The notes under the pieces were generated by a model. It worked only from the letters and a program-made list of their open reading frames with translations. It searched no databases and had not been told where the DNA came from. Positions 12,621 to 25,909 of a DNA stretch of 53,280 bases are shown here, one piece after another. Location: assembly GCA_963575745.1 (NCBI GenBank), contig CAUYUJ010000330.1:62001-115280 (forward strand), read 5' to 3'. Origin of the DNA: Prorocentrum cordatum. Lineage: Eukaryota. A program made the translations under genes and the position numbers. Every line of letters starts with the position of its first letter. Within the stretch, counting starts at the first letter, position 1.

Positions 12621-12960
12621 GGCGTTCCTTGCTTATGACTTTCATTGCATGACGTCCCTTGTATATGACATTCCTTGTATGTGACTTTCCGTGTATATGA
12701 TGGTCCTTGTATATGGCATTTCCTGTAAATGGCGTTCTTGTGTATGACGTTACGTGTATCTGATGTTTCTTGTTATATGACTATGTTGTTACATGATATT
12801 CTTTTTTGAAATGTTCTTATTTGTGCATGACATTCATTGTACATGACCTTCCGTGTTCTCGTTCCTCATATGACATTCTACGCATAACACATACCTTGTA
12901 TATGACGTTCATTGTAAATGACGTTCCTTGGATATGATGCTTGCTGCATATGACGTCCCG
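12620..12960. repeat. Degenerate ~17-bp minisatellite (tgtatatgacgttcct-like)
   Basis: Recurrent atgac.ttc.ttgtat units. Confidence 0.8.
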
Positions 12961-13019
12961 ATCCCGTCGAGGTCCACGAGCGTCACCAGGCTTACGGGCC
13001 ATGCAAGCGTTGAGTGCTT

Positions 13020-13945
13020 CCACCAGGAGGAGGAGGAGGAGGAGGAAGAGGAGGAGAAGGAGGGGGAGGGGAGTACGGTACGAGGGCGATATGTCCGCAG
13101 GGGCGCTTTTGCGGACATATCGTCCCAGAGACGCCCAAGTCCCATGTAGTTTGCTTTCGTGGGGCCGTCGCGGGCTGTCTTGGAAGCACTATTGAGCGAA
13201 TCCGCATGGCGTTGGGACCATCTCGTGCCGTTTTGGAACCCGAAGGCCCGTCGAGGCCCGCGAGCCTCATGAGCCGTACTAGCCCCGCAAACGTTAACGG
13301 GCGTTCACCAGGAGGAGGAGGAGGAGGACAGGGTGAGTGAGAGTAGGAGGGCGATGTTGGGATACGTCCGCAGGGGCGTTAGTGCGAACACATCGCCCCA
13401 ATGACCCCAAAGCCCAATGTCGTTGGTGCTCGTAGGGCCATGACGAACCGTATTGGAAAAGTTGGGCGAACCCGTAGAGCGTTGGGATCATCTCGGGTAA
13501 TCTTGGGGATCAAAGGCCTTTCGAGACCCGCGAGCTTCATTAGCTTCACGAACCCAGCAAGCCTCACGGGCGTCTGCCGAGAGGAGGAGAAGGAAGGTGA
13601 GGGTGAGTAGGAGGGCGATGTTGGGATATGTCCGCAGGGGGCGCTTGGGCGGACGTATCGTCTCAAAGATCCTAAAGTCCCCAGTCCATGGCCCTCGTGG
13701 CGGGCCGTTTCGAGGGGTTCTCGGGCGAGCTCGGAGAGCGCTAGAATAATGTCGTGCCGTCTTGCAGACCAAAGGCCCTTCGAGGTTTACAAGCCTCAAG
13801 AGCCTCACCTGCCCCGCAAGCCTTACGAGCGTCCACCAGGAGGAGGAGGAGGAGGAGGAGGAGGTGGAGGAGGAGGAGGAGGAGGAGGAGGAGGAGGAGG
13901 GGGAGGGGGAGGGGGAGGGGGAGGGGGAGGGGGAGTACGAGGGCG
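13020..13945. repeat. ~270-290-bp tandem repeat with (GGA)n heads and an internal hairpin
   Basis: Units start near 13020, 13305, 13575 and 13835. The motif atatgtccgca-ggggcgcttt-tgcggacatat forms an 11-bp stem, and an inverted copy lies near 15848-15881. Confidence 0.8.
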
Positions 13946-16254
13946 TTGAGATTCTGGCAAACTCTAGCCTACAGATGCGAGGACGTCTCAGGCGAAACGG
14001 GCTGGACCACCTCGGGTCAGGACATAGCGGACCCCAGACGAGGAGGAAGAGGAAGGAGAAATGATGGGGTTTTCTTATAGCCTGTGTGTGTGAGTGAGTG
14101 AGTTGTCGCTCGATATGCTTGGGCGTCACGTTGCAAGGCCGCACGGCCACGAGTACGTTCTCCACACCACTTCTCCCCCCTCCTGTTACTGTCTGCTTTT
14201 GCTCCTCCTCAGCCATCAAGGATCAAGTTCAAAACACACGGTCAAATTCTATATGAAACTGATGAAACTACCGGGAAGGAAAGCTAAAAAGAGGGGAGTG
14301 CTGAAGGCGTCGAAAGAAAGGGGGGCACGTCGCAATGTGTGCCAAGTAGGGAAAGCAATGGTGGCCGTCATATTGCAGTTCATCCGCTTGGAAGTTATGC
14401 CGAATGTTCCTCTTGAGAACGCGTCTGACTGCCTCATTCTCGCGCTTTTCATGTTGGAATTCCTCAAATCCGGTTGCCCATGTGGTTGTTTGCTTGCTCT
14501 TCTTAGCGGCGCGGCACATGCGTACCCCGAGCATCGTCCATGAGTTGTTGAAGCGGGCTCTCAAACAAAAGTTGCGGTCGGTTGCCCGCGCGGCAATTTT
14601 CATGGAGAGTGAATTGAGCAAGGAACCGTTCTCTTCACAAAAGACTGGCGCGCCATTTTGGCCAGGGTTTTCATTTTTTCACAATCCAGCTGCGATTATG
14701 GCTCTTTGGGTTGATGTTGACAATCAACGTAAGTTGTTATGTGTCTGCTTTGTGCGGCATCGCTATGTCAAGCAAAAACCACAATGGGACGTCAATGCTT
14801 CAGGCAATGCACGCTATCGAAAGGCTGCCGCACGCTAAGATCTACAGCTACGATATTGTGCGTTTGTGGCTCAGTGCGTTGAGAACATGCAAACAATGGA
14901 TGCCCAAAAAGGCTACGGTTCTTAAAAGCTTGACAAAATTACAAGATGGCACCGACGACGCGGAAAAGTTGGCCTCGCGCGCGTCGCCTCATGCTACTAC
15001 CGTTTGGCAATTGTGAGAACGCGTGAACGCGCGGCAGCAGCTCCCCACAGTGAGCGGAGGGTCTAAATCGCTGTTGCGTTGCGAAATATCTAGTGTCTTG
15101 GGCCATATCAAGTACGTTCCAGCACACAAAGAGCCCCACAGTGATGATTTTACTATCGAGCAATACGCGCAGGGCTGCAACCTGGAGATGCTGCAGAATC
15201 TTGGGAAAATGGCTCGCTGCTCCGACGACGACAAGCCAGGTGAGTGAAGTTTTGAAGAAATGCCGCAGCGAGGCCGCAGAACTTGAGAAATATTTCCCAG
15301 TGGCGAAACACATGAAACACTCTTCGACGGCGGCCAAAAGTTTCACCGAGGCCGCGCCGTCCGCCTTGAGGATTTAAGGAATTAGCGCGGCAGTGTCAAG
15401 GTTTGTTTGAAATCGAACGAAGCTGGCCGCGCGTCTCATTCTATGATGTTTATTCACGTAGTCTAATAATGATTTGCATAGCTGCGAACGGTGGCCAGGC
15501 TTCCGCCGCCCGCCTGCCTTCGAGTTGGTGTTTCCGCGTTCACCTTAGCCCTTTCGCTCCTTCCCCCGTCTCCTTCATTTCTAGGCCTCATCGGAGTCCC
15601 CTTTGATTGAACTCGGGCGTTCCGCATATATGGGTTCGATTGCGGTTCGTGGAGCCTGGAGCGACATCTTGTCGCAGCAACCATTAGGACCATTATAATT
15701 GCCGTCAGTTTTTCATATGAAGTTCAACAGCTGTGTAATTTCTGAAGAGGTCGCTCCACGAACCCCGTCTTGAGCCAGGTGCTCCCCGAGACAGCCCCCC
15801 ATGGCCCAGGAGGGCCAGATGCATGAGTTTTCGGGAATTTGGGAAGATATTTCCGCAAAAGCGCCCCTGCGGACATATCCCAAAATCACTGGCTTGCGCT
15901 CCCCCCATATGGTTCTCGCCCTAGCGGGCGCTTGTTCAATTTGCGGCGCACGCAAGGCTCGCGAGGCTCACTTCATTCATTCAGTTTTTCCCAGTGGAGC
16001 TTGTATAGTGAAACCGTTTAGTGAGGCATGCGTTCGGCGTGTTTGTGCCACTTTGTCAGTGCGTTTTCTCATCCGATCATTTGCCCAGAAAACTTTGTTC
16101 CTCATCCCTTATGGTGCTCCTCCCTGTCCATCCTCTCCTTCCTGTTGTTCCTCCTTCCTGTCGCCCCTCTTCCCGCCGGGCCCCCCCCCTGCCGGCGGCG
16201 GCGACGGCTACGACGACGCGCGCTCGTCGTTTGGACTCCCTGCCCGGCTTAACG

Positions 16255-16258
16255 GGAC

Positions 16259-16344
<86 letters not shown>

Positions 16345-16440
16345 AACGACGACGACGACGACAACGACGGCGGCGGCGGCAGCGGACGCGGCGGCGGCGG
16401 CGGCGACGACGACGACGACGACAACCTCGCGGCGACGACG
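16255..16440. repeat. (GAC)n/(GGC)n microsatellite
   Basis: Direct inspection. Confidence 0.9.
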
Positions 16441-16921
16441 GCCCCGTCCGCGCCGCGATCCTCGCGGGCTGTCGCGCTGCTGTCCTGCAGTTGCCCCGCG
16501 ATGGTCCAAGTCGAGAGCTTCGAGCCTCGAGCCCCGAGGTTCGAGGGGGCTTTTGATTTCTGCGGCATCTGAAAGCCGTTTTCGGGCCTCCGTCGAGCGC
16601 GGGCCGCGACTTTCGATCGACGCATTGCGCCGGCAAAAGAGCGATGTCTCCATCATCTCCAGATGTTCTCTCCGCCTTTCCATGTGTCCAACGTGGCGCG
16701 GAGCCTCTATGTCGCTCGATGCCCCCCGTAGTTGGGCCCTTACATATTCGACGTCAGCGCTACTAATGGATCGCTGCTCACCTCTCCATCTTTCTCCGGC
16801 TCAAGACATGTGTGTATCGTGTGTCGGTTTTGCTGCCTTGTGTTTTCTCTGCAATATCACATGTGGGTCGGCTTTGCCGCCCTGTGTTTTCTCTCCCCGC
16901 CACCTTCCTGCGCCATCTTAC

Positions 16922-19900
16922 ATGCACGGCGCACCCGCTCGCAATGGGCGCGCAGGCGCTGAGGTCGCGCGCGCGCCGACTTGGAGGCGGATCAGAGGCA
17001 AGAGCAAAGCGGACGATGTCGGCGAGGGCCGGGTGCGCCTCGCGGCCGCGCAGCGCGAGCCGCACGAGCTGACGGACTCGGGCTCAGTGGATGCCTCTGA
17101 ATCCCCGAGCGGCGACGAGGGCGAAACGGCAGTGCGGACAGAGCTGTTTGATTGCACGCAGAAGGAAGTTAAGGGCTTCGCCGCGGGGGCGTCGCTCTTG
17201 CGCCCTAAGCGGGACAGCGAGGGCAAGTGTAGATTTGCTTGCGGCCTATGCCCGTTCCGATCGTTCTCGACGCAGTTGCTCTTACGCGCTCGCGTCTCCA
17301 AGTACCGCGTCAGGAAGACGCGCTTCGTGGCGTCTGGCACGAAGCAATTCAACGTCGCGCGCGCGCTGTTCGATAACGACCGGCCCCTGCGAGCCCCAAC
17401 GGGCAACTTGCTTGCTAAAGCGATCTGCGACGACCATCCGCGAGACGGTATCTCCCGCTGTTCATTGTGGCCAGAACGCGGTTGACAAAGACGTTGTCCT
17501 TGTTCTCGACGACGACGGGCCGTCGCATCAGAACAAAGCTGCAGTCGGGCGGAGTCTCGCGTGCAGACGAGTGGGTTACACTTACTATACCCGTGGCTCC
17601 GCGGACATTGCGATGCAGGAATCATTGCGCCACCATGGGCGCGTTCGCCCAGCGATGCTGCGGACGTGCGCTCGCGTCGTGGAGCAGAGCCCTGGGTTGA
17701 GTAGCATGCTGCCGACGCACGTCGACCACCGGCTAAAGCTCATGGAAGACGTGTTCAACAGCGTGCACGTAGAGAACCGCAGCGCTGCGTTGATGGAGGA
17801 ACGCCGGAAACACGAGGAATTCTAGACGCTTCGCGCATCCCCACCAGCCCGTCCAGAAACGACGCCCAGGCGAGTAGAGGGTCGTCCTGAGGGGCTTTTC
17901 GGCGTCTTGGGTGCTTCGGGGGGGCCTCTGTGGGCCGTTCGGGATCCTCTTTGGGGCCTCCTGGGGGCCTCTTGGGGCCTCTTGGGACCATCTTGGGGCC
18001 TTTGGGGGCCTCCTGGGCGCCTGTTGGGGCCATCTTTGCCCCCGCAGGAGGCCCTGCTGGGGCGCTCTTGGGGCAATCTTGGAGGACATCGGTCAAGGAA
18101 GTAGGGTTCCTTAATTACAGCCCCCCCCCCAGGAACTCCAAGAATCGTCTCCTGTACCGCTCTGGGACCGCTCTTGGAGCGCTCTTCGGCGCTCTTGGCG
18201 CCGTCATGGGGCTTTCTCGGGCCCTTCTTGGAGCTATCTTGAGCCATCTTGGAGCCATCTTGACGCCTCGGATGTGCATCGCAAGCGAAAAAGTGAGAAC
18301 ACCAAAAACATTGATTTCCCCTTGGGTTTTGAAGCATGTTGGCCTCTTGGATGCATCCGAATGATGCTCTTGTGGGCACTTGGAACCGTCTTGGAGAGTT
18401 CTTGGAACGTCTTGGAACATCATGGGGACAATCTTGAGGCATCTTGCGCTATCTCGAGCCATCTTGGAGGGCATCTTGGGCCCCCTGAGGCCCTCTTGGA
18501 GCCGTCTTGGGCCATCTTAGGCATTCCAACGCGCCGCGGAACCCCCTGTCCAGGTCAGTGGGGAGGGGGTAGGGGAGGGGTAAACCCTTCCCCGAAGGGG
18601 AAGAGGGAGGGGTGGAAGAGGAAACTCGTTAAACCACCGACGCCCAGAGGGCTGGTGGAATTCCTCCACGTCTCCATGGACGCCACCATCCGCATTTTGC
18701 GCGGGGTCAAAGGCCAAGCAAACTATCGATCCTCCCAAGCAATGCGAGACGCAGCGCCCGTGCCAGACGTCGACGCCAAGCGCCGCGTGCTGACCCGTGC
18801 GGGTCGGACGGGCGCGGCGCTCAGCGTTTTCTTGACGAGGGACGAGGCATCTGACGAAATAGCTGGAGCGATTGCAGGTCGTCGGTCGGAGGCGTGCAGA
18901 TCGCAGACTGTGTCCGTTGGCAGCGACCAGCCGAGCAGCGCGTTATACCGCGCGTTGCGAAGCTCGTGCTTCTCCAACCTAATTTATATGAGCCTCGACC
19001 CAGTTCGTTTGCCCATCACGCACGAGGAGACGCACTGGAGGAAAAAGACTGTAGGATCAAAGCTATTGCGCATAATCATGGCTAAGTTCACGAAGGTAGA
19101 TAGCGCGCTGCAGGCGCAATTCTGGGGGGCGCCGTTCGACGGAACGAACGACCCAGTTCTGCGACCCATAGAGGAGCGCGCGCGACAGCAGATATTCGAC
19201 CATTCACTGTCGAAGTCACGAGCTCAATATGTGATTGACAATGTGAACGCCGAGCTGCCATGGAGAGCGACGCATGAGTTCATTGAATATATCGCCGAGT
19301 TGAGCGCGTTGGTTCCCGAAGAGCTTGCCCGTCGCACTCACGTGAACAACGTTCAACTCAAGAGGTTGCTTCACAACGCTACCGCCTCAGCTCGGACGCA
19401 ATTGTTTTTTTACAACCTCCGGTTCAGGCATTCCTTGCCGACGGCGCGCTCAGCTCTGCTTGGATCTGGCACGTCGGTCAACGAATCCTTCAACCACGAG
19501 ATGAACACGTGGCTTCGCAATCTGAGGAACATCTACGCGTCGACGGCGGAGCTTCGACTTATAATTGGATCCCTGGGCAAGCTGCAGGCCCACTGTTGCG
19601 CGCTGCATTCGCCGACGCTGCGACAGCTGCGACAGGCCAACGTGACATCGCGAAGCATTATGGCCTGGGCTTTTTCTCGGGACGAGTGGAATAGTTACTG
19701 TTCACTCCAGGCGCAGTGCGGCATCGACGTTCTGGCGCCTGCGCGGCTCCCGCTGCGCGAAGCCCGGCAGAAGATTGCGAGGCAGATTGCCGATCGCGCC
19801 GCGTGCGTGCTGGGAAAGGCAGCGGCGCGCGACGCCGCTCCTGCCGGGCGGCGCGGTGCTCAGAAGAAGCCCGTTGCGAGAGCGCTCTTGGACAGTCTTC

Positions 19901-19980
19901 GCGCTCGTAGAGTGCTTAGGATCCAGAGAACAGCATTCACCTTGAAGCGCAGGCCTGCGTCGCGCGGTTTCTCTGGCTAG
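16922..19980 (+). pseudogene. Decayed DDE transposase (C/DxxH group: MULE/hAT/Zisupton-like) with an N-terminal C2H2-like finger; frameshift near 17420 and insertion at 17821-18661
   Basis: CGLCPFRSF zinc-finger start. After removing the insertion the frame reads ...RKHEEF-LHVSMDATIR (D1), VGSDQP (D2), LDPVR (DxxH position), then a long helical insertion and GTSVNESFNHEMN (E). The start is approximate and no TIRs were identified. Confidence 0.7.
17821..18661. mobile_element. 841-bp non-autonomous Helitron2/Helentron-like element
   Basis: Excision restores the transposase frame. Perfect 10-bp asymmetric inverted repeat at 17841-17850 and 18649-18658, and a CGC-TTC-GCG hairpin at 17827-17835. 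The junction is ambiguous over GGAATTC. Confidence 0.7.
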
Positions 19981-20359
19981 GCCCCCGCCGCTCGCGCATG
20001 TCAACGTTGACGAGTCCTGGTTCGTCTTGTCTGCGTCGGTGTTAGAGTATTACGCTTGCGCCCTTTCCCTTCGTCGCCGCCCCCGCCTGCCTCAGAACCA
20101 GGGCGAAGTATTGCACGCGTAGCAGTCCGTGGGGATCTCCGAGCGGTCGCATCGCGAGCCTCGCGGGGCCATCTTGAGGACGCGGAGGAGGATGAGCAGC
20201 AGGAGGACGGGGGGGCAGGAGGAGGGGAAGGGCAATTCGGAGGAGGAGGAGCAGCAGGAGAGGATGAGGAGCAGGATGATAAACGAAGTCCACATTGTCA
20301 CCCCCTGCGCTTATCCGAAGCGAAAACATGAGGAGCGCACGTTATATCACAATCGCCCC

Positions 20360-20433
20360 CGTCATACATACATACATTCATACATACATCTATATGTATG
20401 TGTGTGTATATGTGTATATGTGTATATACACAC

Positions 20434-20464
<31 letters not shown>

Positions 20465-20925
20465 GAAATGTACGTATGTATATGTCTATGTGTGTATATA
20501 TATAGTATGTATGTATGTATGTACGTAGTATATATATATATATTATATAATATATATATATATATATAATATATATTATATATATACAATATACATCTAT
20601 AATAAAGATATACATATAAATATACATACATCAATACATAGAAGACATAGACATCATACATACATAACACATATATACATACATAAGAGACAGAGAGCGA
20701 GAAGATGAGTGTGGGTGCGCGTGTGCGAGCGTGGATGTGTGCACAGATGTTCGTATGTGTGGATGATATATATATATATATATATAATATATATATATAT
20801 AATATATATATAGATATTATATATATATAATATATATTGTGTGTGTGTGTACATACATATAATATTATATAAATGTATATGGATATATACATATATATAT
20901 ATATATATTATATATATAATATATT
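20360..20925. repeat. (TA)/(TG)/(TACA) microsatellite
   Basis: Direct inspection. Confidence 0.9.
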
Positions 20926-22439
20926 AAGATAATGATTGAAAACCATTTAAATCTGGATTTAAATCGAAATCATGGAGCGCGTGCTGATGAAATACACGCA
21001 TCGATTCGACCATCACTTCCTTCAAAGAAGCGAAAAAACCAGAAATAAGATTCGAAAAGGAAGAAAACCGGTTTGTATTTGAAGAGTTGATTTCTGGTTT
21101 TAGTAATCGAAATTATTGATGCATAAGAAGATTTTCGTAGAATCGTTTTTTTAGATAATCAGCGACAAGTTCATACATTTGTTCTCGATTTCAGCATTTA
21201 TGTTTGTTATTATTCGGCTGAGCTATATAATTTGGCGAATGTTTGCATCAAAGGTTTCTTTTTATTCTTTGAAACAGAGAGAATGTTTCGATACTATGGT
21301 GTTATGGCCATTATGCGTAAGCAGCTATAAAAATAAGGGAGGGAAACCACATGATAGATAACTCGCGTACGGTTCTCTAAATACAACGAACAACACGAAA
21401 TCTAAAAAAAAACCTCCAGCCGCGTTCACACGCACATTCATTGATCGCATCTTGCATTAAAAGGATACAATCATTTTTTTTTATATTCAAATTCGATTTT
21501 TTTCTACTGAACAATTGTGAGAAAATGTGTGAAAATTAGTTTATTTGACTCGAAAACGTCTGGAGATTTTGTTAGATTTTGCCAAAATGAGAAAATCATA
21601 TAATCGTGCGCTGAATATATCAAACAATTTAATGAATTAAACATTTACGAAAAGTATTTTTCAAATTTCAAAATTTATTATGGAAATCACGGGCGAATAG
21701 AATTTGTTCCAAAATCTAGTAACGAAAGCAATTTTTGATACACATAAAAACACATTTTGAGACACCTTTGTTGCACACAACATATGTTGACTTTGGAGCG
21801 AACCAATTTATTGGCGATCAGTATTTTTATATAAATATTTTCTAAATAATTTCTGAATAAAATCTCGAGAAAATAAGAATACGTACGGTTAAATATATAA
21901 CCTCTTTGAACTAAGTATCGATTCTTTATACCTGGATTATCATAGATTCAGAATTTTTGCATTGTTGCCCAAATACGTCTAATTTTGTTAACTCACACAT
22001 CACTATAGAACAATTTACATAATTGAATAATGCATACATTATAATAAACCAAACACAAACAACATAATGAAGAACATAAAATAATATAAAGACTAAATGT
22101 TTTTCGGGAGCAAGATACAATCAAAATCATGCTTAACTAAATTTTGATAAACATAATTATGAACAAAAGAAATCGAAACACTTAAATATTTTCAATATGC
22201 ATATGAGCAGAAATAAATTGCCACGATACAAAACGACTCCGAAAAAAAAGAAATTTTTGGCACGAAAAAAATATCGCAAGCGAGACCTGGCGGCAAGACA
22301 TTTGGAAATGCCGGCACGAAGGCCATACAACTAGGGACGCAAGTTGCGTCCCAGTGTTTCGCTCTCGCTTCCGCCTGGCCTGGCGCGAGTAGCGGTCCCG
22401 GGACCGGCCTTGCGGGTGGCAGTCTCGAGCGGGGTGTGG

Positions 22440-24058
22440 GACGCGTTTTAAAAATATGCGCAGACGAGCTTGCTTTGCCTCTCATTAGTTTAACCCGGCT
22501 ATTTTCAGAACAGGCGTCTGGCCTAGCATATGGAAATTACATTGGATTCATCCTTTGTTTAAAAGCCGTTCTCAGCACGACACGAATAATTACCGTGGCC
22601 TGCAGGTCACAGCGCAAATTTCCACAGCAGTAGAGCGATTATGGCAGAACTTTTTACCCGTATCTTCTCCGGACCGTGGGCTACGGAGAATTTCAATTTG
22701 CTTACACGCCTGGCAGGGGAGCTCGTGATGCCATCCTTTTTTTCCTCTTAGAGTGGTTTTTTGCGTTCTCGCAGCGCTTCCGCATTACAGTATGTTGTTC
22801 GGATGTTTCAGGCGCATTTGATAAGGTCTCTTCTCAACGCTTACTGCAAAAACTTGAGCGGGCAGGAGTCCACCCGCGAATCCTTTCGCGAGCTGGTTTG
22901 ACGGCCGTCGTGCGCAGGTCGTCGCTGGAGGCGCGCTTTCGCTTGCCTTCCCCTTGGCCGACATGGTGTTTCAAGGCACTGTGTTTGGACCTGGCTTGTG
23001 GAATGTATTCTATGCGGACTCGCGCCAAGCTATTTCGAAAACAGGTTTTCGTGAGGTCGCTTACGCAGACGATCTGAATTCTTTTAAGTTTCTAGACAGC
23101 AGCGTATCTAATCACGACGCCTTTGCAGCCATGCCGCTCTGTCAGGCCGAGCTCCACTCGTGGGGGCAAGCTAACGGAGTTAGTTTTGATCCGAGCAAAG
23201 AAAGCATGCACATCTTATCTCCGACTTAACCCGAGGGGGATTCGTTTCGAATTCTGGGTGCTGTTTTTGATGGTAAACTTTTAATGCATGAGACAATCGA
23301 GGAGTGCGCTCGCGAAGCCGGTTGGCGTTTATAAAAGCCACGTGATGTCCTACATCGAATACCGCAGTCCGGCCATTTCGCACGCGTCTACCAGTGCTTG
23401 CACCAAATAGATGCGGTACAACATCGTTTTTTCCATGCTTTAAGTTTTACTGACAAAGACGCGCTTCTTCGGTTGAATTTGCCCCCCCTTGCTCTCCGGA
23501 GGGACATTGCTATTCTCGGTGTTCTTCATCGTTCCGTTTTCGGGTTGGGTCCTTCGCCGCTCTCTGTTTTCTTCTCCCTTGCCCCTGCTCCCTCCCTCTT
23601 TCGCTTCACCCGGTCTAGAGGCGCCAGACGTCGTGACCGCATTCTTCGTGACACTTGTCATGCTCGTTCGCCCGACTATCTGTTGCGATCTCCACTCGGA
23701 GCTATCCGTTTGTACAACATCCTTCCACAGGCGATCACTGAGGCCAATTCTGTGCAAGACTTTCAGTCTCGCCTCCAAGCTTTTGTCGTGTATTGCGTTC
23801 GGCAGAGTGTGCCTGCATGGCGCAGTATTTTAAGTTGGAGACAGCCGTTCGCTTTCCACCCGCTCCTCTCCTTCGCTGACTGGAGCGTGGCTTGGTGATT
23901 CCCCCCTTCCTCCTTTTTCCCCTCCTCTCCCCCCCTTCCGCTCTTCCTGTTCGTTTTTTCGCATGGTGTCCCTCGTCGCCAGGCGGCCGTTTGCCGCTTG
24001 CCTGGAGGCCTGATTTGGTAAGAGAGATTGTGTGTCCGAGGCTGATAAAAAAAAAAAA
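22440..24058 (+). mobile_element. LINE copy A, 5'-truncated and frameshifted RT with poly(A) tail
   Basis: RVLKICADELALP, QFAYTPGRGARDA, SDVSGAFDKV, MVFQGTVFGP, YADDLN, RLYNILP. Stop at 23898, pyrimidine-rich 3' UTR, A-tract at 24047-24058. Confidence 0.9.
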
Positions 24059-25909
24059 TTCCAAAAACACGTCGCCATCCTTGGAATATTCACAGGACGG
24101 TGCTGGTCTAGGGCAAAATGTGTGGTTTGCAGTTTTGATGTCTTGTTTGTTGCCCTCGTTCGTTTCCTCGCTTCCTTCGCCCTGCCTCTGCCTCCTCGCG
24201 TCGGCACATTCGTCATTTGGTAAATTCGATTTGCTTCGTTTCCGGACTATGTCTCTCGGTCGCCGCTGTAACCGCAGTACAATCGGTCAAAGTAGTGTGG
24301 GGCAGTTTCAATCACACAAGATATTGTTTTTGCCTCGTGTTCGCAATGGCGTGGCGTTTTGGCATACGGATTAGTTGGCGCCTACCTTTTTTTTTCACCC
24401 TTTGCTTCTCAGAGATTGACAACCTTGATGATGCTTGAGGCCGGAATTGTTCACGTTCGCCGGTTTGTGGTTGGTTCGTGTTCCCTCAAGGCATGAAACT
24501 CAAACAAAAAACGATCAGATTGAGAACAATGCCATTATGGTCGGACTTCTATGTGTGTTGTTTTACAAGAAAGTCGCGCAGATTTTCTAGAGAAGGTGTC
24601 AATAATTAGGTTTTTGGAAAATATTAAATGTCACGTTTTGTTTAAAGCGCTAGACATGATCGACGAAACGTGAGTTCGTGTTGTTTCGAAATTCATTTTT
24701 TTTGTCGACGAAATAGACACAACATTTTATTGTTTGTTCATGTAGAATTGTAACATGATGTAAGCACAGGCAGTTCTCGTGTTTTGTCGTAATGTGCCAG
24801 CATCAGTCATTATTAAATTTGCGTCAGAATACAGCAAGATCGATTTGGAGAATTATTGATAAATTCTATGGATCGTTTATTAATATTGTGGAAGTGTGTC
24901 ATTGTTAAATCGTTCTTTGTGCCAAGCGTTCTCAAGTTTTGCGGTTTTCTTTTTTCGGATTTTTTTTTTGCGTGATTGACAAGATAAAAGATAAGATTAT
25001 TCATTGCAGAATCGAATCTATTTGTGTGCAAGGTAATTCTCAGAGTCATACATTCGTAAATCTACAAGGAGTCAGGGAATTGGCGAACGGAGTTTGTTTT
25101 CGGAAGGGGATTGTGGAATCTGTGGCGTGATTCTATCGGCATTTTTTTTAGTTTTATTTATTATTATTATTATTATTTTTTTGGGATTCTAGTTCGCTAA
25201 AGAAGACGCGCGGGTTGTTTGGCGTAAATCATCCTGCTGGCGAGTTCCATGGGGTATGCGCAGTCGGGGTGGTTGAAGATAAAAAAGATAAAAAACATAA
25301 AAAAGGCGTTTTCATGTTTTTAGCTCGTTTTTTTTTCCCCTTCGCTGTTTTTTTTGCCTTTGCCTCTTTTTTTTTGCTTTCTTCCTTTTTATCCCTCTCT
25401 CTCCTTCTCTCTCTGCTGTTGTGTCTCGTTCTCGTCCGTCGTTTCCTTTTTTTTTTTTTTTTTTCTTTTTGTCTTCCTTCTACTTTTTTTTTTTGTTCCT
25501 GACTTCTCGTTGCTGTCTTGAGTTTCTGCTGGAGTATTTCTTATATCATTTACCCACCGATTCGTTCCCTCAGTCACATGGCTACAGGGTTTTCGGAAGT
25601 CCAGAAGCCGGCTGTCTAGAAAGATACGAAAAACGACTTTCGCCCGTTTTCGTGAACGTCGTGACCAGGTACAGCTTGCCTTGTCGCCTGAGTCCAGGCG
25701 CAAGGCAGAGACCCAGACGTTGGGACGTTGCCGAGGTTGTGAACGCCGGTGGCTTTACTCCCATCCCCGCCTGGCCAGGCGCGAGTGGCGGAGCGCAGGG
25801 CGTGGTTCTTGTCTCCCTTGGTGCCGGGGCCGGCCCTCAGAGGCGGGATGCGTTGAGCACGGCAGTGGCGTCGAGCGATGCTCCGCCTGCACTTCCGGGT
25901 CCCGACGCA

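Noticed and set aside
18274..18661. N-terminus of the 568-aa ORF as the true protein start
   Set aside because: It lies within the inserted element; the real frame continues from 17820.
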